Shown: positions 49,342-63,980 of the stretch, piece after piece | Position numbering within the stretch: the first letter of the stretch is position 1 | Layout of the letters: each line of letters begins with the position of its first letter | Source of the DNA: Felis catus | Taxonomy: Eukaryota | Direction: 5' to 3' | Length of the DNA: 64,000 bases | Assembly (NCBI RefSeq): GCF_018350175.1 | Contig: NC_058368.1 | Coordinates: 229,402,001-229,466,000, forward strand | Translations under genes and position numbers: made by a program | Notes under the pieces: generated by a model | What the model was told of the DNA's origin: nothing | The model's database searches: none | Seen by the model: only the letters and a program-made list of their open reading frames with translations

Positions 49342-49680
49342 TACTTTGTAAAATTTAAATTCGAAGGTACAATAAAGAAACTACTCTTCAAACATGTCAT
49401 GAATACCTTAATTCAAGGAAGAAGGCAGACTCAGTTCACTGTTTGCTCCTTTTACCCTCTCTGTGTTCTCCCTGATGAATGCATCGTCGCTACAGAAAAG
49501 GCAAACAGAGAACAAGAGTAATATAGGTATTAACTCATACTGGATAGTTTTCATTTGACCCTTATATCTTCAATTGAGATTTTCAGGACTTTAATAGAAG
49601 TCTTAATTAATTAATTAATTTCTAATAATAGAAGCCTAAAATAACATCTATGGAAAGAGTTTTAAAGTAAATAATTGTTT

Positions 49681-49902
49681 GGGGGCACCTGGGTGGCTCA
49701 GTCGGTTAAGCATCTGACTTCGGCTCAGGTCATGATCTCACGGTCCGTGAGTTCCAGCCCCACGTTGGGCTCTGTGCTGACAGCTCAGAGCCTGGACCCT
49801 GTTTCGGATTCTGTGTCTCCCTCTCTCTCTGACCCTCCCCTGTTCATGCTCTGTCTCTCTCTGTCTCAAAAATAAATAAACGTTAAAAAAAAAGTAAAAA
49901 AA
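49681..49902 (+). mobile_element. CanSINE
   Basis: Perfect TSD aaagtaaataattgttt at 49664-49680 and 49903-49919. Confidence 0.96.
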
Positions 49903-52899
49903 AAAGTAAATAATTGTTTGGTTTCAGTGCTAAAATTTAAATAGACACGCACCAAGCAAAAATGTTCTCCGATACTGTACTCCATACCTTCTGAACAAGA
50001 TCTCGATACGCACTTTAACGATAACAACAAAAAACTACTATCTGGAGTTATCACTGTTGATAACCTATTGTTACTGAAAGCTGAAAAAAGGAATGTGGAA
50101 GAAGTGTTTATGGCACACTGCACCTCCCAAAAGTAGAACACACTTTCCTTTAGTATTTGTGAACATTTTTTGTTCACCAAGACCCCACAATGGGCCATAA
50201 AGTAAGATTCTAAACAACGAACTTCCATACTTATAGCTCCATCTTAACGTAACCATATATCCACCTTCCTACCCTCAATTTTCATACAGATGCCTCAAAA
50301 AATCAATACATCCCAAGTCAACTGGATATTCTTTACCCACTATGATGTGTCTTTGTTCTATTACTTGAGAACATTCAAAAAGAAAAACAAACAGGATAGA
50401 TAAGACTCATTAGAAGGTCTAACTCTAAAGAATGACTAAATGAGTAACTTTTGAGATGTAAGCAAATTCATAAGGTATTAGTGAGAGGTGATGAGTAATC
50501 AAATAAAACATCTCATAAGAAATGGGCCAAGTCTGTAAGATACATTAGGTTTGCATAGTAAGTTAGCAATCTGTAAGATATGTTAGAGACATATACGTAA
50601 ATGGGAAATATAATTTAAAAACAATAGATAAGGCAAACCAGAGTGTTACTTATACACAGAAAAATTGGAAAGGCCAAATCATAAGTTCTGAATCTTGCCT
50701 CTTCCAGAGAAACAGCTATGTCATCCTCAAATCAGCTTCATTGGGTGACACCCATTATCATCCTATTCTGGCCCCAGGTTCTCCCAAGAAACTCAGATGA
50801 CACTAAGTGCTGTTCACACACTCATTGGAAAGTGACAACCGTAAACACCGTGGGTTGGCTCCAGGGGCAATTTGACTGCTCCAGCACCTTCTTTAACCCC
50901 AATTATCCCCCTTTTAATCACACCGCCAGTGGCAGAAACTGGCGCATCTGAAGGAGACAGGACCTATAAGAGTTGGGTAACACAGGGTGCAGGTAGCTTG
51001 GTCTTTCCATCCTTCTGCAGCCTACCCTAAGGTTGCTAACTCACCCGGTCTCTTCCTTCTTGCTCTGTTTTGTATGTTAAAAAAGAACTAAAGAAAGCAT
51101 GTAATGCTAGCCTCTTAATCTAGCCTGTGAACATTTCTAGAATAGCTTGCTTCATAGTACAGTTGGGAAGCTACTGAGCTAGTTTTCCCTACCACACTCC
51201 CCACCACAATTCCCTCTCGTATATTTTCTGTCTCTCTAAATGGCACCAACATTCATATAAACCACTCTTCTTTTAGAAGTACTTCCAACAATGGATGTTA
51301 TTGTTGCGGTCAGGGATTTGTCATACTTCTATTCCTCAATTCCTTCCTGACATTTTTGACTGAGTCAAGTCACATATTAATTCTCAGAGCCTTGAAGTTA
51401 TTAGATATTATTTGAAAACTGTCCGGCGCATTCTATGAAGCAGCAGCCACGACTTCATTGCCAACATTGTATTGCTCACATCCATCAGAGTGCTTGGTAC
51501 TGGAACATGCTGCCTATATTCCCCCTTTGCTAAAGAAACGCTGACTAGTCTTGCACACACTAGGAATTTACAATAAGTACAGAGCTGACTGGACCAGAAA
51601 TGGTCTCTAAAGAGAAACTGGAGTGCAGGGGCATTTTTGCCTTGACAAGAAAGTAATGCCAGTGTGACAGGACATACTGATAATAGTAATAGAGGTTGAA
51701 GTACAGCTTGTCTTTTGTTAAAAAAGAAGTCACTTCATGCTGTGAAACTCGACATGCAAATGAATGTACCAAATTCATTGAAAGTTCGACTTTAATCTAT
51801 TTTGACTGTTAACCCAGATGGCTGAGGGATATTTTTTTTAAATCTTTCCTTTTTTTTTTTCCTCTTCACCATTAGAAGCAGCTCTGAAATTACTAACAAT
51901 TGATAGTCCTTTATTTCAGCTTTCCCATTTTAGAAATGATTAAAATGTTCAAGTAATTTATGTTCTATCTGTATTTCTAATTAAGAATTCGAAAAACCAA
52001 CCGTGGGAGCAAGTTTCGGTGGAACCACCACGTCTTTTAACATTTTGAATTTTAAAACAATTTTTCTCTACACACATCCCTATAGAGAAATCTATTGATA
52101 CATTGGAAGCCTTAAGCCAAAGTAATAATTTTCAAAATAGAACTTAATTTGAGGCAAATACTTGATACTTTCCAATGTTCCATAGGAAACTGACCACTTA
52201 AAAATTGGAGAAGATGTTAGTAATTGAGCTAATAATTATGACTCTTGTTAAATAAGTCGTGTTAGTTCTTGTGTGTTGGTCCACATATGTATTCAATTTT
52301 GGGTTAAATTTAGCCACAGACTATAAAATGTTTATTTATTATGATGTGTGAATTTTTGTGAGTTTCTCAACTACCTTTAATGTTGTAAAATCTCAGCTTG
52401 CTCATTATAGTTTTCCCAGAGAAATAGGACTTTCTGACTCATTCTGTTCCTCCAATGACAGTTTTCACAAATATAATTCCTTGGCACCCCTCTTTTTTTT
52501 CAGGTTTCCAGTAATCATATCTATTCGAAAATCTTCAGTTGGGAGTCAATTAACCCTCTACTAAGTTTCACCTTTGTGTTTTCATACGACTGCTCCCATG
52601 GTAACTCCTCTACAGCAACAAAACCCCCAATTAAAGGCAACCAAAACTGATCTTACTCAACATCTCTACACCACTGTTAGAATAATATACCTCATTCACA
52701 GTTCTGACTGATGTATTACTCTGCTCAGATATCATGTGTTGCTTATCATTTTTATTAAATAAAGTTTCCTGTTATCAAGGAACGCCACAAGTCATTCCTA
52801 AAAATCTCTTATTTTCCCTTACTTTTCACTACATGCCCTCGAGAATTCTACCTTCTGGCCAGAGAGCAGGTGTATCTTCTCCCAAGGAACATCTAACAG

Positions 52900-53272
52900 T
52901 TACTCACAGACCCATGGCTTGAATCACCCATTCCATGTGTTTGAAATGCCTTTCTGAATGCACCTAAAATTATGATGGTTTACCTAAAGTTGAACATCCA
53001 ATTAAATGCACTCTCCTCTATCCTGAGCATATTAGAAAGGAGATGGAAATTCCTGTAAGAACTCGCAAACTCTATGTATTTCATTTAGGTTTCTGACCAC
53101 AAGTTGCCTTGTTAGTTTTTCCTTCTTTCACTTCCTTTGCTAGATTATAAAGTACTGAGACTAGGGACATTATCTTATTCATATATAAATTCTTCACAGA
53201 ACCCAAAGCTGTGGTAAGTAGCAGAACATCTTGCCAGCACTCAAATATTTATTTGTTGAGTAGATGAATAAT
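52900..53272 (+). mobile_element. L2 3' fragment
   Basis: ctagattataaagtactgagactagggacattatcttattcat...cactcaaatatttatttgttgagtagatgaat. Confidence 0.65.
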
Positions 53273-53994
53273 GCAGCAGGTACATAAAAATGAAGGCAAC
53301 GGCATCAAGACTGTTTCACAAATGCATCCACCATCAAAGAGTTTACTATCCCAGCAATCATACATTCTGGAAAATAGTTGACTGGAGCCTCTTGAAGTTT
53401 AGTGAGATAATTTCATTATTTTTAAAATAGGTTTCTGGTTTGTATCATTTCAAGCCAATGATAAATTTAGACATAAAGTCATACACATCATGACAAACCC
53501 AAAAGGTACACAATAAAGTGGACAGTAGCATGGTTTCTCAAACCCTTCATCCAGTCCCACGTGCCATGCCAGAGAGGTGGCTTATATGATCAATTCCATG
53601 TGTTTTCCCAGAGATAATTTACAAATACGCAAGTTTAGCTCTGCATATTCTTTTGCCCATTTATAAATATTAGCGGAGTTATGCAATATTCTGCATCCTG
53701 TTTTCCCCCAAAGAATCGTTTTGGAGATTAATATATATATACTGTCTTCATAATTTATAATGTTCTTTAGTGATTTTGCCATGATCTATCACTACTTGAT
53801 TAGATATTTATTAAGAAGCATGTAGAGGGTTTTTTTTTCCATTCTGCTGTTATTACAAAAACTTGCCACAATGGATTATTTTTGTACATATCTATAGTAA
53901 AACTGTGAAATAAATTTCTTGGATAGGAATAACTGATCAAATTGTTTATTAATGTTATTTTATATGTATCACCAAATTTTTGTGCATATATGCC

Positions 53995-54570
53995 ATATTA
54001 TTTATCTATTACCACATATCAAAATACCAGATGCAAACTTATGGGCTTAAAAAAAATGTACATTTATTTTCTCACAATTTCCATGGGACAGAAGCCCAGG
54101 CATGGCTTAGTTGAGCTGTCTGTAAGACTTCAGTCAAGATGTTAGCTGGGGCCAGGATCCCCCAGTTGAATGCTCAACTGGGGAAGAGTCCTCTTCCAAG
54201 GTCACTCACCTTATTGGAAAAATTCATTATCTTGAATTTGAGGATAGCGTGCCTCACTTTCTTGTGGACTGTTGGCTGAAGGCTTTGCTCAGCTCCTAGA
54301 GGGCAAACCCTGTTATTTATATCTTTGGGCCCCTCACCTGGCTGTTTGTGCCATCAAAACCAGCAAACCAAGAATCTCTCAGCAAGATGGGCACTATATC
54401 TTACATGATGAAATCATATACATGAAACCATGTACATCCTGTTCCCTTTGCCGTATTCTTTTGCTTAGGAGGAAGTTATAGGTCAAACCACCACTCAGTG
54501 GGATTACTCATGGGACTGATGACCTCAAGGAAGGGATGATGAGGGACACCTCAGACTCTTCTGGCCACCA
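53995..54570. mobile_element. MLT1-type LTR nested in an old antisense L1 (~53530-55070)
   Basis: catttattttctcacaatttccatgggacagaagcccaggcatggcttag; tgctcaactggggaagagtcctcttccaag. Confidence 0.75.
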
Positions 54571-56569
54571 GGGACACACCAATTTAGAGTTCTCTCGCAT
54601 GTGTGAGAGTGCCACCTACTCCATACCCTCACCAACAAATGTATTATCAGGGCTTTTTCATTGCTGCCCATCCGACAGCTAAAATCAAATGCTATTTTAT
54701 TGTACTTTTAATTGGCATCTCACTTATACCATGTGAGATAGATATAGCATCTTTTCACATATTTAAATGAAATAAACATTTCTCTCCATGAACTGTCTGT
54801 TCTTAGATGCCCACTTTTCTACATGTTAATTGGTTTCCTTTGTATTCTTTCTGTATTAGTCTCTAGGAACCATCTACACAGTTTTAAAAGCCATTCATTT
54901 CTAATAACAGTGCAATATTTATTTTTATTTGGTCATTTGTTTTTAGATTCTGAAGATTCTCCTTCCTACGCCGAGATTTTGTTCCTTCATTTTAAGAGAG
55001 TTAAAAAAAAAAAAACAAAACACCTACATAGTTTGAGTTTTGCTTCATTAAACAGAACTGAATCTGGGTGGATGAAAGACTCAAATACAAAAAAAAAAAA
55101 ATACTAAAGAACAAAAATAGCACCGCAGGGGAGAATTCTTAATTTATAATCTCCCAGGAATGGAGTTTATCAACAAGCCCATTTTCCAGAGTTCTATGCT
55201 AAGTAGAGTAGGAAAGTGAGCTCAAGTTACATACATGGGCTACACCACCAGTGGAAGCAACAGGCTCTCAGGCATAAAAATTATTAGGACTCTCAAAGAG
55301 AAACCAGGCCTGTTTTCCCCAACAGGGCAATCCTGCCTGGCTGAGCCCACTCACCACTAGGGGAAGCCATTTCTAGCCCTCTCGTTGCCTAGAGGTTAAG
55401 AAATCTGGACTCCAAAGTCACATTTTCAACAATGTCATCTTTCTTGTCTAAAATTCCAACATTCACCATACCTTAATCTTATTTTCCTCATATTTTTTCC
55501 TTAGTTTTTTGTTCACTAAGGTATTTTCTACTTAACTTGCCTTTTTACTTTTGTCTCCCTATAAACATTAAGTTCCACCACAAGGATTTTGCCCACTTTT
55601 GTCAGTGCTGATTCTCCAGAATCATGCACAGCATCTGTCCACATACCACAGTGAGTACTTAATTCCACTCTCTTTAATGAACAATTGAATGAATTAATAA
55701 AAGAGAAACAAGGTAAAGATAAAATGTGAAAGCCTCTAAGCGGAATTCACTCCTACTGTCTTAAAACAAATAGATATAGAATGAGATGCCCAAATTAAGC
55801 ATGATAAAGATAAAAAGAAATGGTGGTTATTAATCATATATAGCCTTACAATAGATATATCTGCATAAAAACATGATACAGGCATGTATCATGCCTGATA
55901 CAGAAAGCAAATGTCTGCAAGTAACACAGAGTGAAAGAAGTTACCCCAAGTGCTTTGATAAATCAAACCTAATAAAAATATGAAGCAATAAATCAATAAA
56001 TTGAGAGCTTCAAATTATGATAAAACAATGAAATGTGAGCAAAAGGAAATTGTTTTCCAAGAGAAGTAAGTTGTTAATAATTCACATTTAAAATCCATAA
56101 AATAAATCAGGAGTAGCAAAGAACAGAATATACAAATTTGAAAGGAACTTGAATTGACATAATATTAAAATTACTCTAAATTCATTTTACAGGTCTCCAA
56201 AGAGTTGTTAACAGCCAGGGGGCAATTTCTGCCTGAGACTGACAGATATTTAGAGCTTGATATATTCCAATAGAGAATATAATTCCTCCATGAGAAAATA
56301 TGAATAATCTATTTGCATTGGGCCCTTTTCTCCTCCTCATATTATGTTGTTGTCTTACAGAAGCCTTACGTAAAATAGCAAAGATGGTCCGTTTACACAA
56401 ATTGTGACTTATTTTCCTTGGAAAGTCAATGTAATCTTCACTTAGGTATACTTTCCTTAATTGAATGCTTTAAATTCATCTTGTAGAAATCAGAAGCTTT
56501 GTTATAGAATTCTCAAATAGCCTCCTGCCATTGAAATTTTTTGCTACCTAGACACTTTGAGAATTCTTC

Positions 56570-56677
56570 GTGGTGCACCCGGACAGCTCACACAGTTGAG
56601 CGTCCAACTCTTGATTTCGGCTCAGGTCATGATCTCACAGTTCATGAGATAGAGTCCCACATCAGCCTCTGCTTGGG

Positions 56678-56717
<40 letters not shown>

Positions 56718-56771
56718 CCTTCCCTGCTCGTGCTCTCTCTCTCTCTCTCTCAATAAATAAACATTAAAAAA
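56570..56771 (+). mobile_element. CanSINE with short internal deletion and expanded (CT)n
   Basis: TSD agaattctt at 56560-56568 and 56772-56780. Confidence 0.9.
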
Positions 56772-58744
56772 AGAATTCTTTATATCTAATTTTTATTCCA
56801 TGATTTTTAACATAAGTTCAACCATTGAGAAAATGGTTTAATTAATTAAATTTAACTTAAATTAAAAACAGTACATTTAAAATAATTTAAAATTTTTTAA
56901 ATAAAAATAAAATTCCAAAAAACCAAGGCAATTTCACGTGCCTGGATAACCAGAGCAATAATGTCCTTGAATCTGGTATTTAATTCAAAAAGTCACTGAC
57001 CGGAGTCCGCTAAGGCTTGGCTTACCAACCCTAGGAGGCCAGTACCCAAACACCACCTTACTGTCATCAGTGTCCACTGATGGAACAGAAGATGAACATT
57101 CCAGAATTTTTTTTAGATGGAAAGAGAAATCAACAGAGACATGCCTTGTTACTCAACTTTAGTAAGAATAGAGTCCAAATGTTAACACGAAACTGCCTAG
57201 GACTGCGAAGTCACATGATCATAAATATGTGTTCCCCTTCATTTGCCAAAATATATTTAACAATTTATCTGAATTAAAGCAGTGATATTGACATTTTCTT
57301 AGCAGATCTGTTAGAACCTTATTTTATTACCAAAGCATCCCCAACACTTAGAACAGAATCCTGAACAAGTCAGCACTCAATCAATATTTGATGCATGGAT
57401 GTAAGACATTTGATTTTTGTATTGCAACAGGTACAAGAAAGTTCTCATGAAATAATTGGTGATTAGTTCTGGAAGTAGGAGTAGAAGAAAATTTAATTTT
57501 TCTAGGTAGCAGATGGGGATTTTCACATCACAATTTTAATCATCCAAAATGCAACTTTTTCATAACAATTTAATTTTGACTTTGAATTTCATTCTGCTTG
57601 CTAACAGGAAAATGATCGATTCAATTCCAAGAAAACTCAGTAAATTATTTTTCCCAAACTTACTCCAAGGTTGAAACTTCTTAAATTGAAAATTAAAATG
57701 CAAACAATTCATTACACTCTTTATCCTCATCTTCCTCTGTCAGCCCAGTCCACATTTATCAGTCTCTTGGCTACAATCACTGGACTGTGGGCACTGTAAT
57801 TCTGCCTTCAGTTTCACTCATCCACCTGGATCCACTAAGCCATTGCTGCCAGGCAGTTCTCTGTTGTAGTTACTCTGTCCTCTGCTGCAGGGTGGGTCTT
57901 GCAGCTTCTAGAACAGGTCCACAATTGCCTGTTGGCTACACCTTTGAAATCAAGCACTCTTGGATTGTGCCAAAATTACCTGGTGTTGCTTTCCTCACCC
58001 CACCCCGTGAAAGTTTTGTCTTGAGGAATATGAATCACTTCTCAGAAACTTCCATCGGTAATCAAATCTACTGATGCGTCTTACGATTTTCCACCCTTTT
58101 GTCAGCCATTTAGCCTTCTCTCATTGGGAGCTGTGAACCAAAGTCTTTCATCACTGCACAGTGTTCTCTAAGCTAGCATTTGACGTACTGGTTTCTAAAG
58201 CATGAGGCATACTGCCCAGGGGGCACTTGCAATGATCTGCATTTGAACTTCCATTTCTATTTATCTTTTTATGTTCTTTTGTATTCTTGTGTGAAATTTC
58301 CAATGAATATAATATATTACTATAGATGTTTATATGTATAATTTACAAATAAATACACAGCTACATTAGCATTATTGCTCCAAGCCTCAATAAAATTGGG
58401 CAATCTAAAATATGACACTTGAGTTTTGGGTAGGGCATTTATGTGTCAAGCCCTGTAGGGAAACACAAAGGCAAGTTTTCTAAAACCAAAACATTCTCTC
58501 CAACACGAGAATGCCTTTTTCTTTAAGACCACTGTGTCCTCTGTGAATTTTAATAGCCTAGTTTGCAACTCAAAGACTATAATTTCACTTTTTGTTATTT
58601 CTGTGTCTTACCAAACCTAAAATAACAGTCTCTGCATAAACTGTTTCTGTCATTTTACTTTAAAAAATTGTTGTTTCAGCAGGTTAGTCTATAATGCACT
58701 TTCTAACTTATTTTAGAGTGGGGCTAATGCTTTCTCTTCTATTC

Positions 58745-59120
58745 ATTTTTTGGAAAATTTCAATACTACAAAAGAGTTGAAAGAATAGTATGATGAATAG
58801 CATTTACCTAATTATTAGCATCGTTAGTGTCACCAAATTTATGTGTTCTCCTTATCTGTCATTCACCATTCTGAAAATATGAAAGTGTATCACAGACATC
58901 ATGTCATTTCACAAATAAATATTTCAAGATATAGCTGAAAACAAGGGCATCTAAAATACAATCACCAAGTACATGAAATTTAACACCAGAACATTATCTG
59001 AACATCCTTTTGCCACTTTTGCCAATAACATCCTTGATAACTGCCTTGTCTCACCCCAGTATTCAATTATGTGTCCCCTGCTGCACACACCTTGTATTTA
59101 GTTATCACTTGCTGTCTTCC
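58745..59120 (-). mobile_element. Old L1MC/ME 3' end
   Basis: ggaaaatttcaatactacaaaagagttgaaagaatagtatgatgaa; cacagacatcatgtcatttcac. Confidence 0.65.
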
Positions 59121-59154
59121 AACGAACAAAGACTTGTATCAAAATTACTGCTTC

Positions 59155-59210
59155 CATAACATAACATAACATAACATAACATAACATAACATAACATAAC
59201 ATAACATAAC
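59155..59210 (+). repeat. (CATAA)11 pentanucleotide microsatellite
   Basis: Perfect tandem run. Confidence 0.97.
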
Positions 59211-59354
59211 CAAAAACAAAGAAAAATTCAAAATTACTTTGCAATTGTTTCCATGCTTAGAATATATCACAGTGAGAGTGGGCAAACAGAATACTGTGTT
59301 CAAAACTTTCTTGGATCATGTTTTACCTGCTTTATCCTAATGAATTTGATTATA

Positions 59355-59705
59355 TCTGAATGATCAAGATCTAAGAAGGCCTTAACTTGCCCTCCCTCAA
59401 CTAAATTTAGATTTCTTCCTCACTGTAGACCTGACCTCCCTTTTCTTAGTACTTACATTAAAAAGGTTGTAATCATAAATTCTTTCTCTTCCCCTTTGAG
59501 ATAGAAATCTTCTGCATGCCAGGAATGTTCTCAAGGACCTGGGAGCCATTCCTTTGAAATGCAGTCATCAGGGACAATGACCTTCCTATCTGCCACTCTC
59601 TGGGAGACCATAGGGATCTGATTCTCCAAGTCGCAAAGCTACCTCCTGTGAAGAAGATAGAAAGTTGACTTTTCCTTTGGGTAAAACCAACTAACAAACA
59701 CAAAT
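59355..59705 (+). mobile_element. MER34-like ERV1 LTR fragment
   Basis: ccaggaatgttctcaaggacctgggagccattcctttgaaatgcagtcatca resembles recalled MER34-family LTRs. Confidence 0.6.
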
Positions 59706-59779
59706 CTCCTCTGATCCTTGTCATATTTAATGCTTGTCATCCAGAATTCTGAGCGTGTTCTTCACAGGAAGATTATAGA

Positions 59780-61300
59780 TAATCCCTGCTTTCTTTTTAT
59801 TCATATTTGTATTTTCTTTTGTCTATCCTCTTATTTTGAACCTTTTTGAATCTCTTCATTTTAGGTTTGTCTCTTGTATAAAGCATTCTGGAGGCTAAGG
59901 TGAAATTTCTCTTTTTTAATATTTGAGCGAGTCTCATAGGCATGTCGTTATATCACTGACTTGACTGTTCTTTATCACAATATTTTTTTCTTCATCTGTG
60001 TCTCTCCATTGACTCTACTTAGTCATTTTGCGTTATTTTGAGTCTTTAGTGATGCCTGCATCTATTCCAGAGGTTTTTGCATATTTACTAATATAGTTAC
60101 AATGCCTTCAATATCCTTCTTCTTCACTTAGGTGTCTAGTATTGGGGTTCAGTTTTCTGTGATTTATTTGACTCCACTTATTAACAATGTGACAATGAAT
60201 AGTCATATCATTTTCTTTTTTTTTACATTACTCATCACAGTTTCACATTACTCATACATATTTTTACATTTCTCACAGCAGTATTTCTATATTGCTTCAT
60301 ATTGTTTTCCACACATGAATCCACATTTGTTTTAGCATGAGCTCTACAATTAGATATACTTACTTCCCCCCATCAGTTCTTTTGGAAAAAATTCCCTTTA
60401 TTTTTGGTTAGATGAACAGATCTCTCTTTGATATTTTTCATGAATACCATACTCCCTGAATTTTTGCCTACTGAATTTTTCTCTGAAGCCTTGGAATATG
60501 AATTATAGCTTGGATGGATATAAAATCTTTTTTCATACTTTCTTTTCCTTATTTTATTGAAAATGCTGAAGTTCCTCTTGATTTGTAGATCTCATTTAAG
60601 TCTAATGCCAACTTGATTTTCTTTCCTTTGTAGCTGACTTGGACTTTTTGCCTAAGGCCTGGAGAATTTACTTTCATTTATTATTAATATCATTTTATCA
60701 GAATATGTCTTGGTCTTGAGAGCTCTAGGTCAATTTTTTTCCAGGTACATGGTGGCCCCTTAAAAAATAAATTCAGGTCTTTTATTTTCAGAAACAAACT
60801 TTGGATTACAGTATTAAATATTTTTATGCAGCATTCATTTTTCTTCCCCCAAGTTCCACTAAAAATATAACTGATTTTGTTACCTAGTTTCTAGATAGAT
60901 CATTGCTTTTCAGATCCATTTTAAATCATTAAAAAATTTATTTCCTTCATTATTTTGTTCAACGTCTTTATTATGCTTTTGGTCAAATCTAATTCCTCTT
61001 TAGCAATTTTGTATTTTAATCCAAAATAATGATTTTTTTCTTTTTCTTCAGTTGAAAAAATTGAAAAAAAATTCAGCCATTAAAAAATGTTTTCAATTAT
61101 TTTCTTGGTCTGTTTAATTCTCATTTAGTATCTTCCTGATTTTTGTTTGTTTAATTTTGTTCATTTGTTTTTGGAGTTTTTAAAAAAAATTCTGAGTAAA
61201 GATTTTCATCATGCCTATAATTGCTTATTTAAGGATGTTTAATTCTGGTTCAGAGAGGGTGCCTAAGTTTTATCCTTTGTAATTTGTGTGTATGGAGAAT
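59780..61300 (-). mobile_element. Ancient L1M remnant, antisense
   Basis: ttttaggtttgtctcttgtataaagcat; tagcttggatggatataaaatc; aagtctaatgccaacttgattttctttcctttgtag. Confidence 0.55.
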
Positions 61301-63980
61301 TTTTATCACCTGATAAGGTTTTACTCTCATATCCTGTAGTCTTCTTATTGTAGATACCACCTGCTATTTTCAATATGATTTGTAATATCTTACTTGCCTA
61401 GATCAGACGCAATGGCTGTATATAGGTGGGTGGAGGTTGTGGGGAGCGGTTACTTTCAAGGTACATGACCATTGACAGTATCCATTCGTCCTTGGCTTCA
61501 AATGATTAAAAAGGTTTATGTGATATAAGATGTTCCGCACATCATTTGTATTTAACTGCAAAAGATTCAAGGCAGGCAAAAGAGCACACACCCAAATAGT
61601 TGTGGTGGACACTCATGAAAAATAAGAGGTTTAATTTCTACACCCCTCCATCCCACCAAACACAACCACCAACGAGAGCATCCTTGGTCACAAGAGGTGG
61701 GTTCACTTCAGATTATAGCTACAAACCTATGCATTGAGTCTCATAGTTACCACTTCTTATAACTAGATTCCACTTCCTTAGTACCACATGAACCAGTTGA
61801 CATAATTCAGCTATCTTAACTAAAAACACTCAGCGGGAAGTATTGCAAATAGACTCACGTACATGTTGTGCCACAAACTTGGTACAGGATTCAGGTGGCC
61901 AGCATTTTCCTACAGACACCTACACCCTATAGTCTAATTATGAGGGCAGAGGTTTTGTGGGCAAGGCTTAATGACTGAGACTGCAAACTTATTGAAAATC
62001 ATTGCAAAATATTTCCCAGCAACTCATATTCCTCAAATGCAATTTTTAGAAATGTACATGCATCCATCCATAATTAAAATTAATTTTTAGCAAAAGATAA
62101 ATTTATTCTCAAATATGAATGGCCATAAATCTGCCACATTGTGATAATATTAAATAAGGAATGCTATCTCTTGATATCTTATATAATCTTCATGAGTCTG
62201 GTTGGGTTATTTTTAAGTTTCCTTCCAGAATTTTAGTTAAATTACTTCTCAATATTACTTCTCAATGGTCAGAGAAGACATATTACAGACATCTGCTACT
62301 GTCTCTTCCCTTGTAGAAAAGCCAATTCCCACATCACAAAACTCTGTGAAGGCAAGCATTTTCAACTCCTGTGTTTACTGTTGAATCCTCACCTTCCCAG
62401 ACAGGTGACTGAGGCACAGAATTTGCTCACTGAATATTTTTTGAATGTTAAGCAAATGTTTGAATCTAATCACAGGATATATGGTCAAAATTGATTTTTT
62501 TTTTATTCTGTTGGAAAGAAAAGACTCTGGGTGGTACCTACATCAGTATACAATATCCAAGTTGGCTTAATAACTATGTTAGCTTTATAAAATGCTTAGG
62601 TGACAGCCTGAAGGATGTTTTTAACAACATAGCTGCATTTAGCATTGGAGAGAACTCAGGGGGAGTTTAACTAGATAATACTCATGTCAGTAATATCTAA
62701 CCCTTGAAACTAGGTAATGTGTTCCATATTGGGAAGAATAAGTTAGTAGAAGGGTAAACATAGACATGGCTTGATGCAGGGCATTGTGCCTGTAAAACTG
62801 CATGTCTATTACCTAAGAGTTACATAATAAATAAAGCAACACAACACAAGGTACAAAGGGCCTGAGTGAATGGAACTTAAAACACCATCTCAGGTAACAT
62901 TCCTGAGAGCCCTGCAGTTTAGGAATCAAAATCCTTAGAGCTGAAAACTATAAGAAAAGTAAAATGAAATCCTATGACCTTATTGGTACCGGGGGGCTGC
63001 TAAAAATGTCAAAGGAGCAAGGCACCTGTTATGGGCTTGTCCCCAGAGCATGGAAAATAATATCCTCAATCAAGCATGCCGTGTACTGTGATCTTTGTTA
63101 TGGCTTTGGAAGACTTACACTTGGTGACACAAATCAGTTAGATACTTTTAACAGCCAAGAAAAGTGACAGTTCCTAAGAACAACTATCACAGCCAAGAAA
63201 TTTATTCTTCTCTCAGAACAAGCCGAAACACTCTCACACTCAGGATCGCAGTCTTGGAATGCCCTTTTGTGAATTGTCAAGTTTGAGAGAGTAGCTTTTG
63301 TTACACTGAACAAGCTTTGCTTGCAGAAGGAAGGTATGAAATCCCCTTGCTAAGCTGCTGTAGGAACGGAGTATGAATTACAAGATGTGAAATTGAATAA
63401 CAAACTCAATTTTTCTATTATAGTATTTTGGGGCCTGATCATTACCAAGTACTTAAAAATTGTTTTTAATCACTAAATATACATTATACATCAGTTTAGT
63501 CAGTAAGCTACCGAGTAATCTCAAATGAGGAAGGAAATCCATACTACAGATCTGATTTCATTTTTGGTAATTTTCCATTTTGTCTTCCTGGAAGCGTTTT
63601 CATTAGCAAACTTTCAAGCCATGGAAAGTTACTGGTCTTTTTCAGGAATGAGTGTGAGGCGGGGGCAGATTGTTTCCAGAACACTCCCAAGATGCCCAGT
63701 TGCCCTTCAACCCTTTCTGTCTACTGGCTCTTCTCCCACTACTTTACACAGCTGGGAGCCTAAAGTCACTGTGCTGCTGGTCACAGCGTCGGTCACAGGG
63801 AACACGGTGCTCTGGGCACACGTTTCTGTCCCCACATGTCTCAGCAAATGCCCCCAGGTAGCCCCAGGGGAGAGATATCACAGCACCCCTTGCTTGCCTT
63901 GGTGACCACTGCATCCAAATATTCATGGGGAATTAGTGTTCACAAGAAGGGGAGGAAACACTAAGGAAAGAAGAATTTAA

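Noticed and set aside
49925..50230. 120-aa minus ORF with a ~60-codon open frame on the plus strand
   Set aside because: Part resembles a decayed L1 endonuclease region (ttcaccaagac...tgggccataaa); minus ORF ends in a SINE tail.
57025..57045. Weak CTCF-like motifs (also ~16005, ~53568, ~55353)
   Set aside because: Several mismatches at key core positions.
63525..63926. 126-aa ORF and overlapping short ORFs
   Set aside because: No recognisable homology or splice structure; consistent with chance in locally GC-richer DNA.
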